From: Octopus sinensis
Lineage: Eukaryota
DNA length: 64,000 nucleotides
Assembly (NCBI RefSeq): GCF_006345805.1
Contig: NC_043003.1
Location: 6,758,001-6,822,000, forward strand
Direction: 5' to 3'
Shown: positions 10,260-23,669 of the stretch, in pieces
How the letters are laid out: every line of letters starts with the position of its first letter
How positions within the stretch are numbered: the stretch's first letter is position 1
Notes under the pieces: model-generated
The model's database searches: none
Seen by the model: the letters and a program-made list of their open reading frames with translations, nothing else
Told to the model about the DNA's origin: nothing
Position numbers and translations under genes: made by a program

Positions 10260-13200
10260 GAGCACGTACGAAGAGCCAGACAAGGAAGGAAGAGTTATCC
10301 CTGGCTACAGTTGTGCAGATGTTAAAAGAGCAGAGAACGCAGCAAACGCAACTGGGAGATCAGCTGGAAACATTTATGGGAAGAATGGAGAAAGAGCAAC
10401 AGCAGTTGTAGGAAAATCACCAACAGTTTAAGGAGGAGTTGCGCAAAATGAGTGGTGATGTCACATGGTGCAAGGAGCAAATGGACAGGCTTGACAAGAG
10501 AATGGAGTGCGTGGAGAAACTTTGTGCTACCGAGCCTAAGGTTGCTGAACCTGAAAGAGTTGCTGTTGCTGCGCCATATCGTAATGCTCCAACATCTGGG
10601 CCCTTGTCTCCTGGAGTTCAAGGTGGCTCTGTGGTTCCCAGTAGGAAGAAGCCATAGGAATTCGATGACAAAGTGTCTTGGGAGGCCTACGGAAACCAGT
10701 TCGAGATACTGGCTGACAAGAACGATTGGGACGAGGGGCAAAGAGCCGTTCAGTTTGCCATCAGTTTGAAGGGTCCTGCACAGAAGTAGACAGGGGTTGT
10801 TACTCGGCACTGGTGGAAGTCCTCCAGAGAAAATATGGCACTATGTGCCAGAGAGAAATGTACAGGGTACGCTTCCGCACCCGTGTCAGGGCTAGAGAGG
10901 AGCCCCTACAGCAGCTTGCCCAGGACTTGGAGAGCACGGTGCATAAAGCCTACCCTACAGCTACCCCTGACCTCTTGTCTCTTCTTTTGAAGGAACAATT
11001 TTTAGATGCTCTGGACAGTGCAAATATCAAGGTCCAAGTGAAGCAGACACGGCCAGGTACGATGCAGGATGCGCTGGCTAGCGCTCTGGAATTCGAGTTG
11101 TACATCAAATCTAGCACCGGAAATTTCCGGGTGAGTTGCAGCTCCGGATTCCAGGCAAAGAGAGAAAACATCCGCGAGACTGAAGGACTTGGGAATAGTC
11201 ATGGACCTTGTGGGAAGGATAAAGAGATGACTGGTGTGTGTTGCTGGCACTGTGGGAGACCTGGACACAAGCAGCAGGATTGCTACAGCTTGAAGAGAGA
11301 AAACGCAGAACAGTAGAGCAGGGTCTGCTTTTAAGGGCGAGTGCTGGATATGTGGCAAAAAGGGACACGTGAAGTATGACTGCCCAACAAGAACTAAGGA
11401 AAGGTTAGTGGAAAATAAAGAAAGTCGGAAAACTAAGAGGAGCTGGTGTTAAGGGGCAACCGCAAGACCGGACATTCCAAGCATGCCCCACACTCGAGAC
11501 GGCGTGCAGAGTCCGTGATTGACAGTATACGAGTGGATGGAAGAGCTAACGGCCGGACGTGTTCTCTTGTGATCGACTCAGCCACGGGACAGACCTTTGT
11601 GAGGCCCAATGTGTTGTAGTATCTAGACCTGCCAGAGTCATCGCAGCAGTTGTGTGGTGTTACCGGGCATTGTACTGAGCTGAGAGGGCCGGTTAATGTC
11701 CGAATAGATGTTGCCGGACTAGAAGTCGTGCTTCCTGTCTATGTGGTGGAGATGGAAGATCAATGTATTTGGGGATTGGATTATTTGGCGTCGATGGCTT
11801 GTCAGCTGGACTTGTGTTCAAAGAAGCTTTCGGTGCAGGGAAGACCAGTCCCCGTTAAGGTAGTAAAGCGGACCGCGCCTGGTAGCGAGGTAAGAGCGCT
11901 ACGGACGACAATAATACCACCGAGATCCGAAAAACTGCTCCAGTGTCGTGTGAGCGATCCGTTTGATGGCTGCCTGGGGTTGGTGGAGCCCGACAGACAA
12001 TGCAAGATGAAAGCTGGAGTGACGGTCGGACGAACCCTGGTAAAGGCAGGAGCTGATGAAGTGCTGGTTGTAGCAGCCAACCTTTCGAGAGTGGCACAGC
12101 CAACCTTTCGAGAGTGGCACAGAAGATACCATCAAATCAAGGTTGCCGAAAAAGATAGGGAAAAGACTGCATTTTCGTACGGACGGGGTTTGTGGCAGTT
12201 CAATGTGATGCCGTTCGGCTTGTGCAACGCCCCTGTAACTTTCGAGCGTCTTATGCATCGGGTACTGGAGGGCCTACACTGGCAGGCCGCCCTCATCTAT
12301 CTTGATGACGTCATAGTGTTTGGTCGAACGTTTGATCAAGAACTGGAGAGGTTTTCGGGGGTATTTGAGACGTTTCGAACTGCAAACCTCAAGTTGAATC
12401 CGAAGAAGTGCTGTCTGTTTCAGAAGGAAGTAAGATACCTGGGACATATTGTGGGCGAAGACGGTATCCGTACTGACCCAGAGAAGTTGGCCGCCGTGAA
12501 GGATTGGCCGGTCCCTACTTGTGTAAAGGAGTTGAGGAGTTTGCTCGAACTGTGCACCTATTGCAGGTGCTTTGTAAAAGACTTTGCAACAGTGGCTGCA
12601 CCGTTGCACAAGCTGCTGGGGAAGATCCAAAAGTTTGAGTGGACTGCCGTTACACAGGGCGCTTTTGGCGGAGTCAAACGGGCGCTAGTGAGTTCTCCGG
12701 TGTTGACGTACCCGGACCTAAGCAAGCCTTTCATACTGGACTGTAATGCCAGTAGCCATGGTATTGGTGGAGTACTGTCTCAGAAGAAGGGCGACAAGGA
12801 ATATGTGATGGCGTATTACAGGACAAAGCTTAGCCCACCCGAGCGAAACTACTGTGTAATCCGTAAGGAGCTTTTGGCGGTGATGAAGAGTGTTAACTTT
12901 TTCCATCCGTACCTGTACGGTTCTCACTCTACCATCAGAACGGACCATGCAGCACTCAAGTGGCTGAGTACACTGTGGAACCCGGAGGGACAATTAGCAT
13001 GCTGGCTAGGGAAACTGGACCAGCACAATTATGAGGTACAGCACCGTCCGGGGCGAGTACATGGTAATGCTGACAGTTTGAGTCGTCGTCCCTATGAACC
13101 GGACTTCTAGCATTGTGCAGGAAGAGAAGAGCACAGTAAAAAGTGCAAACGTACTACAGTGACTGGATATGTGTCAACCGGAGAAGTACAGAGGAGACAG

Positions 13201-13606
13201 ATGGAAGATGCCGACTTAAGGCCAGTGGTAGAGTGGCTGCAGCAGGAAGCAGCGAGACCATCTTGGGAGGAGGTATCCAGGTTCAGCCCTGAAACTAAAA
13301 GCTATTGGGGCCAGTGGGACCTACTTTGTCTGAACGATCGGCTATTTGAGAGGCGCTGGGAGACACCCGACGGCCTTAAAAAGTATTAGCAGTTGGTGAT
13401 ACCCAAGAGGATGAGGCCTGAGCTGCTGGAAGAAGCTCACAACCAAATTCCAAGCGGACATCAGTGGGTAAAGAACATGTTGAATCAGCTGCGGCACAGA
13501 TTCTATTGGACGGGCACGCGAGTTTCTCTGGGCCAGCAAACTGCAGGCTGTTTGTGTGGGGACCCGTGGTGGAATCAGAGACCCGCGTGCGGCGTAACAA
13601 TATACT
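10260..13606 (+). mobile_element. Decayed Ty3/Gypsy LTR retrotransposon internal region (gag, protease, RT, RNase H, integrase N-terminus)
   Basis: Gag with two CCHC knuckles (CWHCGRPGHKQQDC, CWICGKKGHVKYDC), protease-like LVIDSATG, RT MPFGLCNAP and YLDD, RNase H, integrase zinc-binding RFYW; stops, frameshifts, no LTRs found. Confidence 0.92.
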
Positions 13607-13619
13607 GATGACACATAGC

Positions 13620-16600
13620 AGATTATCCTCATCGTTTAATGTTCCTTATTCCATGCTGGCATGGGTTGGACGGTTTGACTGAGGACTGGCAAGCCAGGAG
13701 GCTGCACCAGGCTCCAATCTGATCTGGCAAGGTTTCTACAGCTGGATGCCCTTCCTAACGCCAACCATTCCAAGAGTGTAGTGGGTGCTTTTTATGCGCC
13801 ACCGGCACAGGAGCCAGTCAGGGGACACTGGCATCAGCAGTGTCCGGATGGTGGTTTTTTTACATGCTACCGGCACTGGAGCCAGTCGAGGAAAGGGGCT
13901 GGCATCAACCACGTTCGGATGGCACTTTTTACGTGTCACTGGCACAGGGAGCCGGTCAAGGGGGAACTGGCATTGGCCACAACTACTATTTCCATTTTTG
14001 ATTTGATTGAGATTCTGATTGTGATTTTTATCTTGATTTTACTTGACTCCATGGGTCTCCTCAAGCACGGTGGGTCACTCGACGATTCAAAGGTACTTTT
14101 TAAATGGACTGGTTATGCAACACTGGTATAGTGATCTCACTTTAATTGCCAGGTCTGCTCAATCACAACATATCTCCCTAACACTACAACTACGTGTACT
14201 GCTACTACAACTACTATAACTTCTAGGTTCATAGGGGGAACATCACAACACACATTTGTGACAACCACTGCTTACTCATTGTATTTAACCATTTTTATTT
14301 CTTTTTCCTTTTTTCTTTTGGAAAGAGAGAAAGAAGCAAAAGAAAAGAAAAAAAGTAAAAAGGACAAAAACAATAATATATTTCAAACATTTAACGTCAC
14401 AAAGTCTCGGTCTTTTGTCATTGCCTCTGTGAGGCCCAACATTCAAAGGGAAGACCTATGTCTTCCTGGGTCTACCTCTTCCACGGGTTTCTTCCACTGT
14501 TAGGGAGTGGCACTTCTTCACACAGCTCTCCCCATCCATTCTCGCAACATGACCATACCAGCACAGTTGTCTCTCTTTCACACCACATCTGATGCTGCTT
14601 ATGTTCAACTTTTCTCTCGGGATGCTTATACTCTCTGGTGTGTGCATTACACATCTAGCAGATCATACTACCTTCATTTTCTTTCAAGCCTACCAATGTC
14701 CTCAACATTCATAGCCCATGTTTTACTGCCGTGTAGCATGGCTGTTCGTACGCAGGCATCATACAGTCTACCTTTCACCCTGAGCAAGAGGCCCTTTGTC
14801 ACCAGCAGAGGTAGGAGCTCTCTGAACTTTGCCCAGGCTATTCTCTTATTCTAGTGGCAATGCTCTCAGAGTATCCACCCCTACTACAGACTTGGTCACC
14901 TAGGTAGCAGAGGCTATCAACTACTTCTAGTTTCTTCCCCTGGCATGTGATGGAATCTGTTTTCTGAGCAACTGCCGCACACAAAAACTATCATCCTGGT
15001 AAACCTTCCTTTGATGTTGCTGCACCTCTTATGCATCCATAGCTTACACTGGGTACATATACCTGAAAGGGTTTGTGATTTGTTCACCTTCCTACTTACT
15101 AGGAGTCAATGTTTTTGCAACATTGACTCTAAAGTACTTCAATTCTAAACCTTGCTTCCACACCTGAAATTTCTTCTCTAATTCTGGTAGTGATTCAGCT
15201 ACTAGAGCAAGGTCATCAACATAGAGGAGCTCCCAGGGGCAGCCTGTCTTGAATTCCTCTGTTATTGTCTGGAGGACTATGATGAATAAAAGGGAGCTGA
15301 GGACTGATCCTTGGTGAACCCTTACTTCTACCTGGAATTCTTCACTATACTCATTGCCGACCCTTACCTTACTGACAACATCCCTATACAGGGCCTATAT
15401 AGCTCTTACTAACCACTTGTCTACTTCTAGTTTACCCATCATCCACCAGATAAGGGATCAGGGGATCTTGTCAAAGGCTTTCTCCAAGCAAACAAAAGCC
15501 AAGTATTGGGGTTTATCTTTAGCTAGGTATTTCTCCTGCAGTTGTCGAACCAGGAATATGGCATCAGTAGTGCTTCTACCCGGCACAAAACTGAACTGTA
15601 TCTCATCTAAGCAGACTCTCTCCCTAATGAGATGGGCTATGACCCTCTCTGTGACCTTCATTACCTGATCCAGCAGTCTGATACTCCTGTAATTATTTCT
15701 ATTTAAGGCATCACCTTTACCTTTGTAGCAGTTGACTATGATACTACTAAACCACTCACTGAGTATGACTCATTAATGAACCACCTGCTTTGCAATACGG
15801 GTGACTGGACTATAGCCCACACCACCAGATGTTTTAAGCATCTCAACAGTGATTCCTGATGATGGGCTGGGGGCTTTCCTGATTTCATATCCTTAATTGC
15901 TTTATGTACCAGAGTACTGTCAATTCAGATAACTGGTCTTTCAACTGGGTCAACATTTGGCAAGCTCCCCTCCTTCCATTCATTCTCCACAATCAGCAGC
16001 CTTTCCTAATGGCTTCTCCAAGCCTCTTTCTTTAAAGAATCATTAAAAGCAAGTGCACCATCATTCACAATTTTCTCTCACACACTGTTTTGCAATCTGA
16101 AATACTTCAATTCTTTGGTCCTCCCATCACTGAACATTGGCAAACTTCTTTTTTGCTTCTCCCTTGGCTATATATATATATTTCTTTATTGCCCACAAGG
16201 GGCTAAACATAGAGGGGACAAACAAGGACAGACAAAGGGATTAAGTCGATTATATCGACCCAGTGTGAAACTGGTACTTTATTTATCGACCCCAAAAGGA
16301 TGAAAGGCAAAGTCGACCCCGGCGGAATTTGAACTCAGAACATAAAGACAGACGAAATACCGCTAAGCATTTCGTCCGGTGCGCTGACGTTTCTGCCAGC
16401 TCGAGCCTCCCTTCTGGCAATCTGGTATAGTTCCCTGCTACCCCGACTCTTCCAGGTTTTCCAGGCCCGTTTCTTTGCTCTAATGGCTCTGGCTACCGTA
16501 TTATTCCACCACCATATTACCCTAGGTCTGAAAGGGACTTTGCACCAGCCTCAGATTTGGTCTGTGGTGCTCAGTAAGCTGTCTTGCAGGAATTCCCAGT

Positions 16601-17235
16601 TGTCCTCTATGTCACAAGTCTGTAGCTCCTTCTCCCTCTCATCAAATTTCTCAATGAGGATGTCCCTAAATCTCTGACCATGTAAAGGGTTTGTAGCGGT
16701 CTCTGATATCCTCACTGTTTGTTGGTCGAAATGATTCGTTGTGGTTCGCTGCTTGGTTGGTATGAAGTCCTCAGAGACTGCCACTACACGTCCGTTCATG
16801 AGGGCTGCTAGGGCCAGAAAGGCTGAGTGAGTGGACCGCGTTTTAGGGGTCAGTTTCCCACACATGTGCATGGGGAAGACTTCTGGTGGCCAACTGGAAG
16901 TAATCCCATTCTGCGCATGTGCGCTGAACCTTACTCAGTAACATCACTACAGGTTCTTATGCTTCCAAATCCTTCTTTTCTAGATTGGTCTGCTTCTTGG
17001 CATCCTTCTGGCCTCGAATCTAAAGTCACTAATAACTAGTCTATGCTGGGGGAAACATTCTTCATCAGGGAGGGTCTTTGTATTTAAGAGCAACCATGCA
17101 TCCTGCTGTCTGGCACCTACATTAACAGTGCTAACTCTGAAAACTGGGAAAGGGATGTTTCCGTGTTCATTTGATAGACATGTTACACCTGTGCTCACTT
17201 TTGACCTGTCATCATCCAAACATTCAAGCATGTCG
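13620..17235 (-). mobile_element. Decayed RTE LINE (endonuclease end, RT, 3' UTR) with nested insertions
   Basis: Minus frames [44 protein letters not shown]; interrupted by unique sequence ~14150-14400, a SINE (~16179-16408) and an LTR-like insert (16681-16951). Confidence 0.88.
16179..16408 (-). mobile_element. SINE family B
   Basis: Full-length match to the copy at 53252-53483. Confidence 0.8.
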
Positions 17236-17339
17236 AGATTGTTGCCCCTACCGGAGTAGGAGTAGGTGTTAATAGTGTCTTAAGTATAAACGTTATGAAC
17301 ATTGTAAATTTAAGCATTACTGGTGCTGCAGATATATGT

Positions 17340-18028
17340 AGCGGCTAACTGGCTTCCGTGCTGGTGGCATGTAGGAGGCACCATTTGAGCGGGATCATTA
17401 CCAGCATCGCTTTACTGGCACCTGTGCTGTTGGCATGTGTAAAAAGATTTGAGCGAGGTCATTGCCAGTACCGCCTGACTGGCCCCCATGCTGGTGGCAC
17501 GTTAAAGCACCTACTACACTCTCGGAGTGGTTGGCATTGGGAAGGGCATCCAGGTGTAGAAACACTGCCAGATGATGATTGGAGCCTGGTGCAGCCATCT
17601 GGTTCACCAGTCCTCAGTCAAATCGTCCAACCCATGCTAGCATGGAAAACGGACGTTAAACAATGATGATGATGATGATCGTTACCAGCATCGACTTACC
17701 GGCACTTGTGCTGGTGGCATGTGAAAAAACATTCAAGTGAGAGGTCGTTGCCAGTGCCACTGGACTGGCTCCTGTGCAGGTGGCACATAAAAAACACCAT
17801 TTGAGCATGGCCATCAACAGTACTGCCTGACTGGCCCTCGTGCACCCACTACACTCTCAGAGCGGTTGGCATTAGGAAGGGCATCCAGCTGTAGAAACTC
17901 TGCCAGATCAAGACTGAAGCCTGGTGCAGCCATCTGGTTCGCCAGCCCTCAGTCAAAATCGTCCAACCCATGCTAGCATGGAAAGCAGACGTTAAATGAT
18001 GATGGTGATGATGATGATGATGATGATG
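17340..18028 (+). mobile_element. Two tandem RTE 3' UTR fragments with (GAT)n tails
   Basis: ggaagggcatccag motif and tails near 17665 and 18000-18028. Confidence 0.8.
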
Positions 18029-18360
18029 AAATAAAAGTAAATATCAAGATCACTATGCCAATGTTAGATTAAGTATGTGGGCTTCTAGTTGCGTTAGTCC
18101 TGAGAGCGGGGGAGTGGAGGAAGGTGAAATTGCAGGTATGATAGAAGATACCACCAGTGAGGGAAGCGGGGTTCCAGTGAGAGAAGAGAAATATCCGATA
18201 TTGGTGGCAGGGGTTGGGTGGGAATGAGCAAGCACGCCATGAACAGGCAAGGGTTATTTTAGGGGACAGTACGACAAAATATGTTACCAACATGGAAACA
18301 CAGGAGGAAAAGAGAACTAAGGGTATTAGGGAGATTTCATTTGGAAATTACATGAAGAAT

Positions 18361-18531
18361 AGCACAAGAGTGGCTGTGTGGTAAGTAGCTTGTTTACCAA
18401 ACACATGGTTCCAGGTTCAGTCCCACTGCGTGGCACCTTGGGCAAGTGTCTTCTACTATAGCCTCGGGCCGACCAAAGCCTTGTGAGTGGATTTGGTAGA
18501 CGGAAACTGAAAGAAGCCCATCGTATATATG

Positions 18532-18584
<53 letters not shown>

Positions 18585-18800
18585 TTGTGTGTCTGTGTTT
18601 GTCCCATCCAACATCGCTTGACAACCGATGCTGGTGTGTTTATGTCCCCGTCACTTAGCGGTTCGGCAAAAAGAGACCGATAGAATAAGTACTGGGCTTA
18701 CAAAGAATAAGTCCCGGGGTCGAGTTGCTCAAGTAAAGGCGGTGCTCCAGCATGGCCGCAGTCAAATGACTGAAACAAGTAAAAGAGTAAAAGAGTAAGA
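18361..18800 (+). mobile_element. tRNA-derived SINE, family A
   Basis: A and B boxes, same body as the 62707 copy. Confidence 0.85.
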
Positions 18801-18815
18801 GTATTAAGGAGAAAA

Positions 18816-20842
18816 CTAGCAGAGTTACCCAGCATTGCTTGGGATTAAAATGGCATAATTTGTATAGATATTACAGTTTATTACAGTTATGCTAAAACAA
18901 GAGATATGGGGGAAAGTGCTGCATTGACGACAAAACATTTGTGGAGTAAATAATGGGCTAATTTGACGGAGCCACATGTCATGCATCCATTTGGAGTTTT
19001 CCAGGCCCTAACCTGTCATGGAAAATTGGGTGTGATTTTTCAACGCATTGTAAAGCTGTTAGTGGATACAATCTCTTTGGCAGCGGTTAGCATTGCATCT
19101 AACACAACCCATAGTCTGAAGTTTTGACACCTCCTTCGGGTGGTTGTCCTACATCACTCATAAAGTAAATTTGGAGGAACTCTGGTTGTTCATTTGTAGG
19201 TAACAGGGAACCAATGAGGTGATAGACTTGCCCTTGAACTTTGAACGTTGGTGTAAATATATGTTCAACTATCTCCTTAGATGCATCAAATGATGTCATT
19301 TGAGAAATGCAGAGTTATATTGTCTGATATTTGTTTCTTTATTACCCACAAGGGGCTAAACACAGAGGGGACAAACAAGGACAGACAAAGGGATTAAGTC
19401 GATTACATCGACCCCAGTGCATAACTGGTACTTATTTAATCGACCCTTAAAGAATGTAAAGCAAAGTCAACCTTGACGGAATTTGAACTCAGAACGTAGC
19501 AATGGGCGAAATACTGCAAAGCATTTTGCCCGGCGTGCTAATGTCTCTGCCAGTTTGCCACCCTTGTATTGTCTGATATTGTTCAGAAAATTGTTTGACT
19601 GGATGAAAGTGCCTTCCAGAAGTTCCTTAAGACGTTGAGGAGGGGTTGGTAGTGCTGGCAATCTTACCTTACCACCTAAGCAGCACATGCCATTAATTTC
19701 ATTCGGAAATTTTAAAGCTCTGCAGAAACAACAATTTGAATATAGCACACCAATTTGGACAAAGTTATCATTTTTATAATGATGGGATGTGATCGTTACC
19801 GCGTCGCCTTACTAGCACTTGTGCTAGTGGCACATGAAACATTCGAGTGAGGTTGTCACTGGCTCCTGTGCGGACTGGCTCCTTTGCGGGTGGCACATAA
19901 AAAGCACCATTTGGGCATGGTCGTTGCCAGTACCACCAAACTGGCCCTCGTGCCGGTGGCCCGTAAAAGCACCCACTACACTCTCGGAATGGTTGGCATT
20001 AGGAAGGGCATCCAGCTGTAGAAACCTTGCCAGATCAGATTGGAGCCTGGTGCAGCCTCTTAGCTTGCCAGTCCTCAGTCAAACTTTCCAACCCATGCCA
20101 GCATGGAAAGCAGGCGTTAAACAACAATGATGATGATGATGATGAAATAAAGTAAATATCAAGATCAATATGCCAATGTTAGATCAGATTGGAGTCTGGT
20201 TCGCCAGACCTCAGTCAAATCGTCCAACCCATGCTAGCATGGAAAACAGACGTTGAATGATGATGATGATGATGACGATCATGATCATGATCATCATCAT
20301 CATATCTGAAGCAGCTGCAACAGTTGTGAAGAACAAATTTGCATGTAGTCTGTGTCTGAGAGTTATTCTATTGGACTGCTGTCTAATCATAAAACCATTG
20401 TTTTAATGATTCAGCAGTAAGTGCTGTAGCATACCTTTGCTGATCTTAGGAAAGTTTCATTTCCCTTCTCCCTTGAGACACCATCTGACAGGCTACAGCA
20501 TGCCTTTATTTTTGCATGCAGTATAAATTAACCAAATATAAGCAAATTAATCAAATAGAATCACAAGTAGTAATAAGATGACCTTAGTGTTATCAGATTA
20601 GAATTAAAAGTGAAACAATATTATATCACATTACAATATACATCTTATTCTTTCACTTTTGAGCCATAATACCGAACCAGTGCCATTGCTATATTGTTTT
20701 AATCCAAATGGAAAAAAATTACATATTGACACTCATGGGGTCTGATACTATTACTTTGTAAAATTTGATTTGATTTGGTCAAGCCATTTAAGAATGCATA
20801 GGGAACAGATAGATAGACAAAGAATTTTATGTATATAGAAGA
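18816..20842 (-). mobile_element. Internally deleted Helitron with Rep-region coding remnants, interrupted by a SINE and RTE tails
   Basis: CRALKFPNEINGMCCLGGKVRLP...FLNNIRQY and MTSF...FTPTFKVQGQVYHLIGSLLP...FLQIYF are typical of the Helitron RepHel N-terminal region; A|TC and CTAG|T termini; SINE B at ~19332-19563 splits the ORF. Confidence 0.8.
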
Positions 20843-20844
20843 TG

Positions 20845-20883
<39 letters not shown>

Positions 20884-20901
20884 TATTCTTTTCTGTGTGT
20901 A

Positions 20902-20958
20902 TTCTACTGATGAGGCAAAGCATTCCTAAATGCAAATTCAGAAATCCGGGATTTAGAA
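20902..20958 (+). ncRNA. Degenerate hammerhead ribozyme-like motif
   Basis: UUCUA-CUGAUGA...GAA-AUCCGGGAU-U-UAGAA: 5-bp stem I and intact core; stem II only partly pairs (GCAUU/AAUGC). Confidence 0.45.
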
Positions 20959-21431
20959 TTATCCAGTAATTTTTTACTAGCTTCATCTTGTCTCTTTGTT
21001 TTCTCTCCGTGTTTGCGATATGGACAATTAAGGCGGTTTTAGAGTCAGATCATGGCTGCTATTTTCAGCATGGTGGTATCTCGTAGATACCCTAATTTAT
21101 AATTTTAATATATATATATATATATAAAATATTATTCGAGACAAAACCACTATTTTGCAAAACAAACAAGGAAAGACTTAATCAATACATAAATTTTGCA
21201 AAATAGTGGTTTTGTCTCGAATAATATTTTATAATATTTTACTATAAAATCGATTTAATCCTAAATCTGATTTTTTCCCTGTAAATTTGGATTTATTCCC
21301 TAATATTTATTATTATATATATATATATATATATTGATAAGATTTACTAAAGAGAAAAAGAATAGCCTGCTTATGAAATTAATGTGCAAGTGGCTGAGCA
21401 CTCCACAAACATGTACATCGTAGCTCTTATT

Positions 21432-22945
21432 GAAAGGGGCCAGTGACATAGCACCATGCAAAAGCTAAAACAATACATGGGAGCACATTGCCACCAGCAG
21501 TGTATAATAACATTCAATGGAATGGTCATTACAATATGTATGTATGAGTTTCTTCATAGAAAATTTTAAACTAATTATTATTTTTTTCCTTATTCTTAAT
21601 CTTCATATTTTTCCACGTCGATTGAAAAAACAATTCGAAAAAAAGTTAAGATTTAAAAATTTGGGGTGTGGAGGGGGGGATTTAACATTTTGAAAAAAAT
21701 GGTTTTCGACATATTCAGAATCTCCGTCATCGAAAACATTAGCTGAAAAAATTTCAAAAAAAAAAGGGCGATTTTTCATGCCGGTGTACTTGTAAACATT
21801 AACCCTTTTAAGATGACGTTGTTCTCCACTAAATTCAATTTATTTATTTAAAACAGGGGATGTACTTGCATAGCAAGTGACCTGATCTGAGATCGTGTGC
21901 TGGAACGAAAACAATTGCAGCGTGGAAGGTGTTTATAGTTCTCAGGAAGATTCAGCATATCAGAGAATGTGACAAGGCTAGCCCTTTAAAATATAGGTAC
22001 AACTCATTTTTGCTAGCCGAATGGACGGAGGTCGCTGTTATGTGGTCAGTGGTTAGACCTCAGAAAGTCTGGAACCAACTGATGTTGAGACTAGAAGGAG
22101 GTGAGCTTTTATAGCTGACTGTAGGCTGAAATGCTGTTTTGGAACAGACTATCTCACATGACTTATTTGAAAAATGTGATTGGTTAGCTGTTACTTTCTA
22201 TGTTCGTATGTCTGTTATATGATAGAGAGAGGAAGTTCACTAGTGTTCGCTACAACCTCCAGATCTGTGAAACCCACAAATGCTGCTGTTAGGACTAGAT
22301 TAACACCCATAGCGACCCTACCGACTAAAAAAGATTTTCCTGCCCCTATATAGGATCTTTTTCACTTTCTTCCAACCACTTGAAGGTTTATCTTGCTCCA
22401 GTCCACTAAGCTGGCCAAAATGAGTCATAGCTGTTATAGAAAGGGGCCAGTGACATAGCACCATGCAAAAGCTAAAACAATACATGGGAGCACATTGCCA
22501 CCAGCAGTGTATAATAACATTCAATGGAATGGTCATTACAATATGTATGTATGAGTTTCTTCATAGAAAATTTTTAACTAATTATTTTTTTTTTCCTTAT
22601 TCTTAATCTTCATATTTTTCCACGTCGATTGAAAAAACAATTCGAAAAAAAGTTAAGATTTAAAAATTTGGGGTGTAGAGGAGGGGATTTAACATTTTGA
22701 AAAAAATGGTTTTCGACATATTCAGAATCTCCGTCATCGAAAACATTAGCTGAAAAAATTTCAAAAAAAAAAAGGGCGATTTTTCATGCCGGTGTACTTG
22801 TAAACATTAACCCTTTTAAGATGACGTTGTTCTCCACTAAATTCAATTTATTTATTTAAAACAGGGGATGTACTTGCATAGCATGTGACCTGATCTGAGA
22901 TCGTGTGCTGGAACGAAAACAATTGCAGCGTGGAAGGTGTTTATA
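21432..22945. repeat. ~506-bp near-identical direct repeat pair (21432-21937 and 22439-22945)
   Basis: Both copies run from gaaaggggccagtgac to ggaaggtgtttata with very few differences; ~500 bp of different sequence between them. Confidence 0.9.
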
Positions 22946-23270
22946 AGCCATTAAAGAAACACACAAAAACCGTTAGAATCACTTCAGCATTTAAATTTAA
23001 TTTGTGTCAAAATATTTTCGTCGCTTTGAGACCGCGACCTGTTCACTGACAAATCTTCGTGCCGCATCATTTAAAACAATTTATTAAAAATCTAAATATT
23101 TTTTTCTTGTTTGTCTTAATTATCTCCCTTCGTCAACACCGATTATCTCCCTTTTGTTCTTGTCAAAATTTCGGTGAAGAAATACTTTCTGTTGTCAGAT
23201 TTCAGAAGTGACGAGTGTAATTAGCGACCGCAACAATTTACTTCAAGTCTGGAATGTCAGAGCTTTCAAA

Positions 23271-23669
23271 ATGGATAGCAGTGAAGACCACGACATGAAG
23301 AATTCCGAGAGAAACGAACAAAATGAAATGAAACTCCAGGCACAATTGGTGGCAAGTGTCCTGCCCGAATACGATATCATTGAGTTACCAGGACCGTCCA
23401 CCACGGTTTCGAGTCCATCCTCCGCTATGTCTGGTTCCTGTACGTCTGCCACTTCGCTCAATTCCAGCTCGTCAGCGTCATCGTTAATTGCTAATCTACG
23501 AGAGGTGGACACTTCTATGAAACTGGGATGTCGACCTACATCCGTTGCAAACAACTTGATGTCTACTAACTTCCCGGCTGACCTGCGACGGACACAGTAC
23601 GACCAGTCGGACTCGGAACATGTGGCCATCCCGAAAATATGCGTCGGTGTTAACTGTCCCGAGAAACTT
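23271..23669 (+). CDS. BABAM1: BABAM1 coding exon 1 (Ser-rich N-terminus to VNCPEKL)
   Basis: ATG at 23271, donor gtaagt at 23670, phase 0; exact start codon less certain. Confidence 0.85.

Noticed and set aside
10100-13700. LTR pair for the Gypsy element
   Set aside because: No matching direct repeats, PBS or PPT were found at either end.
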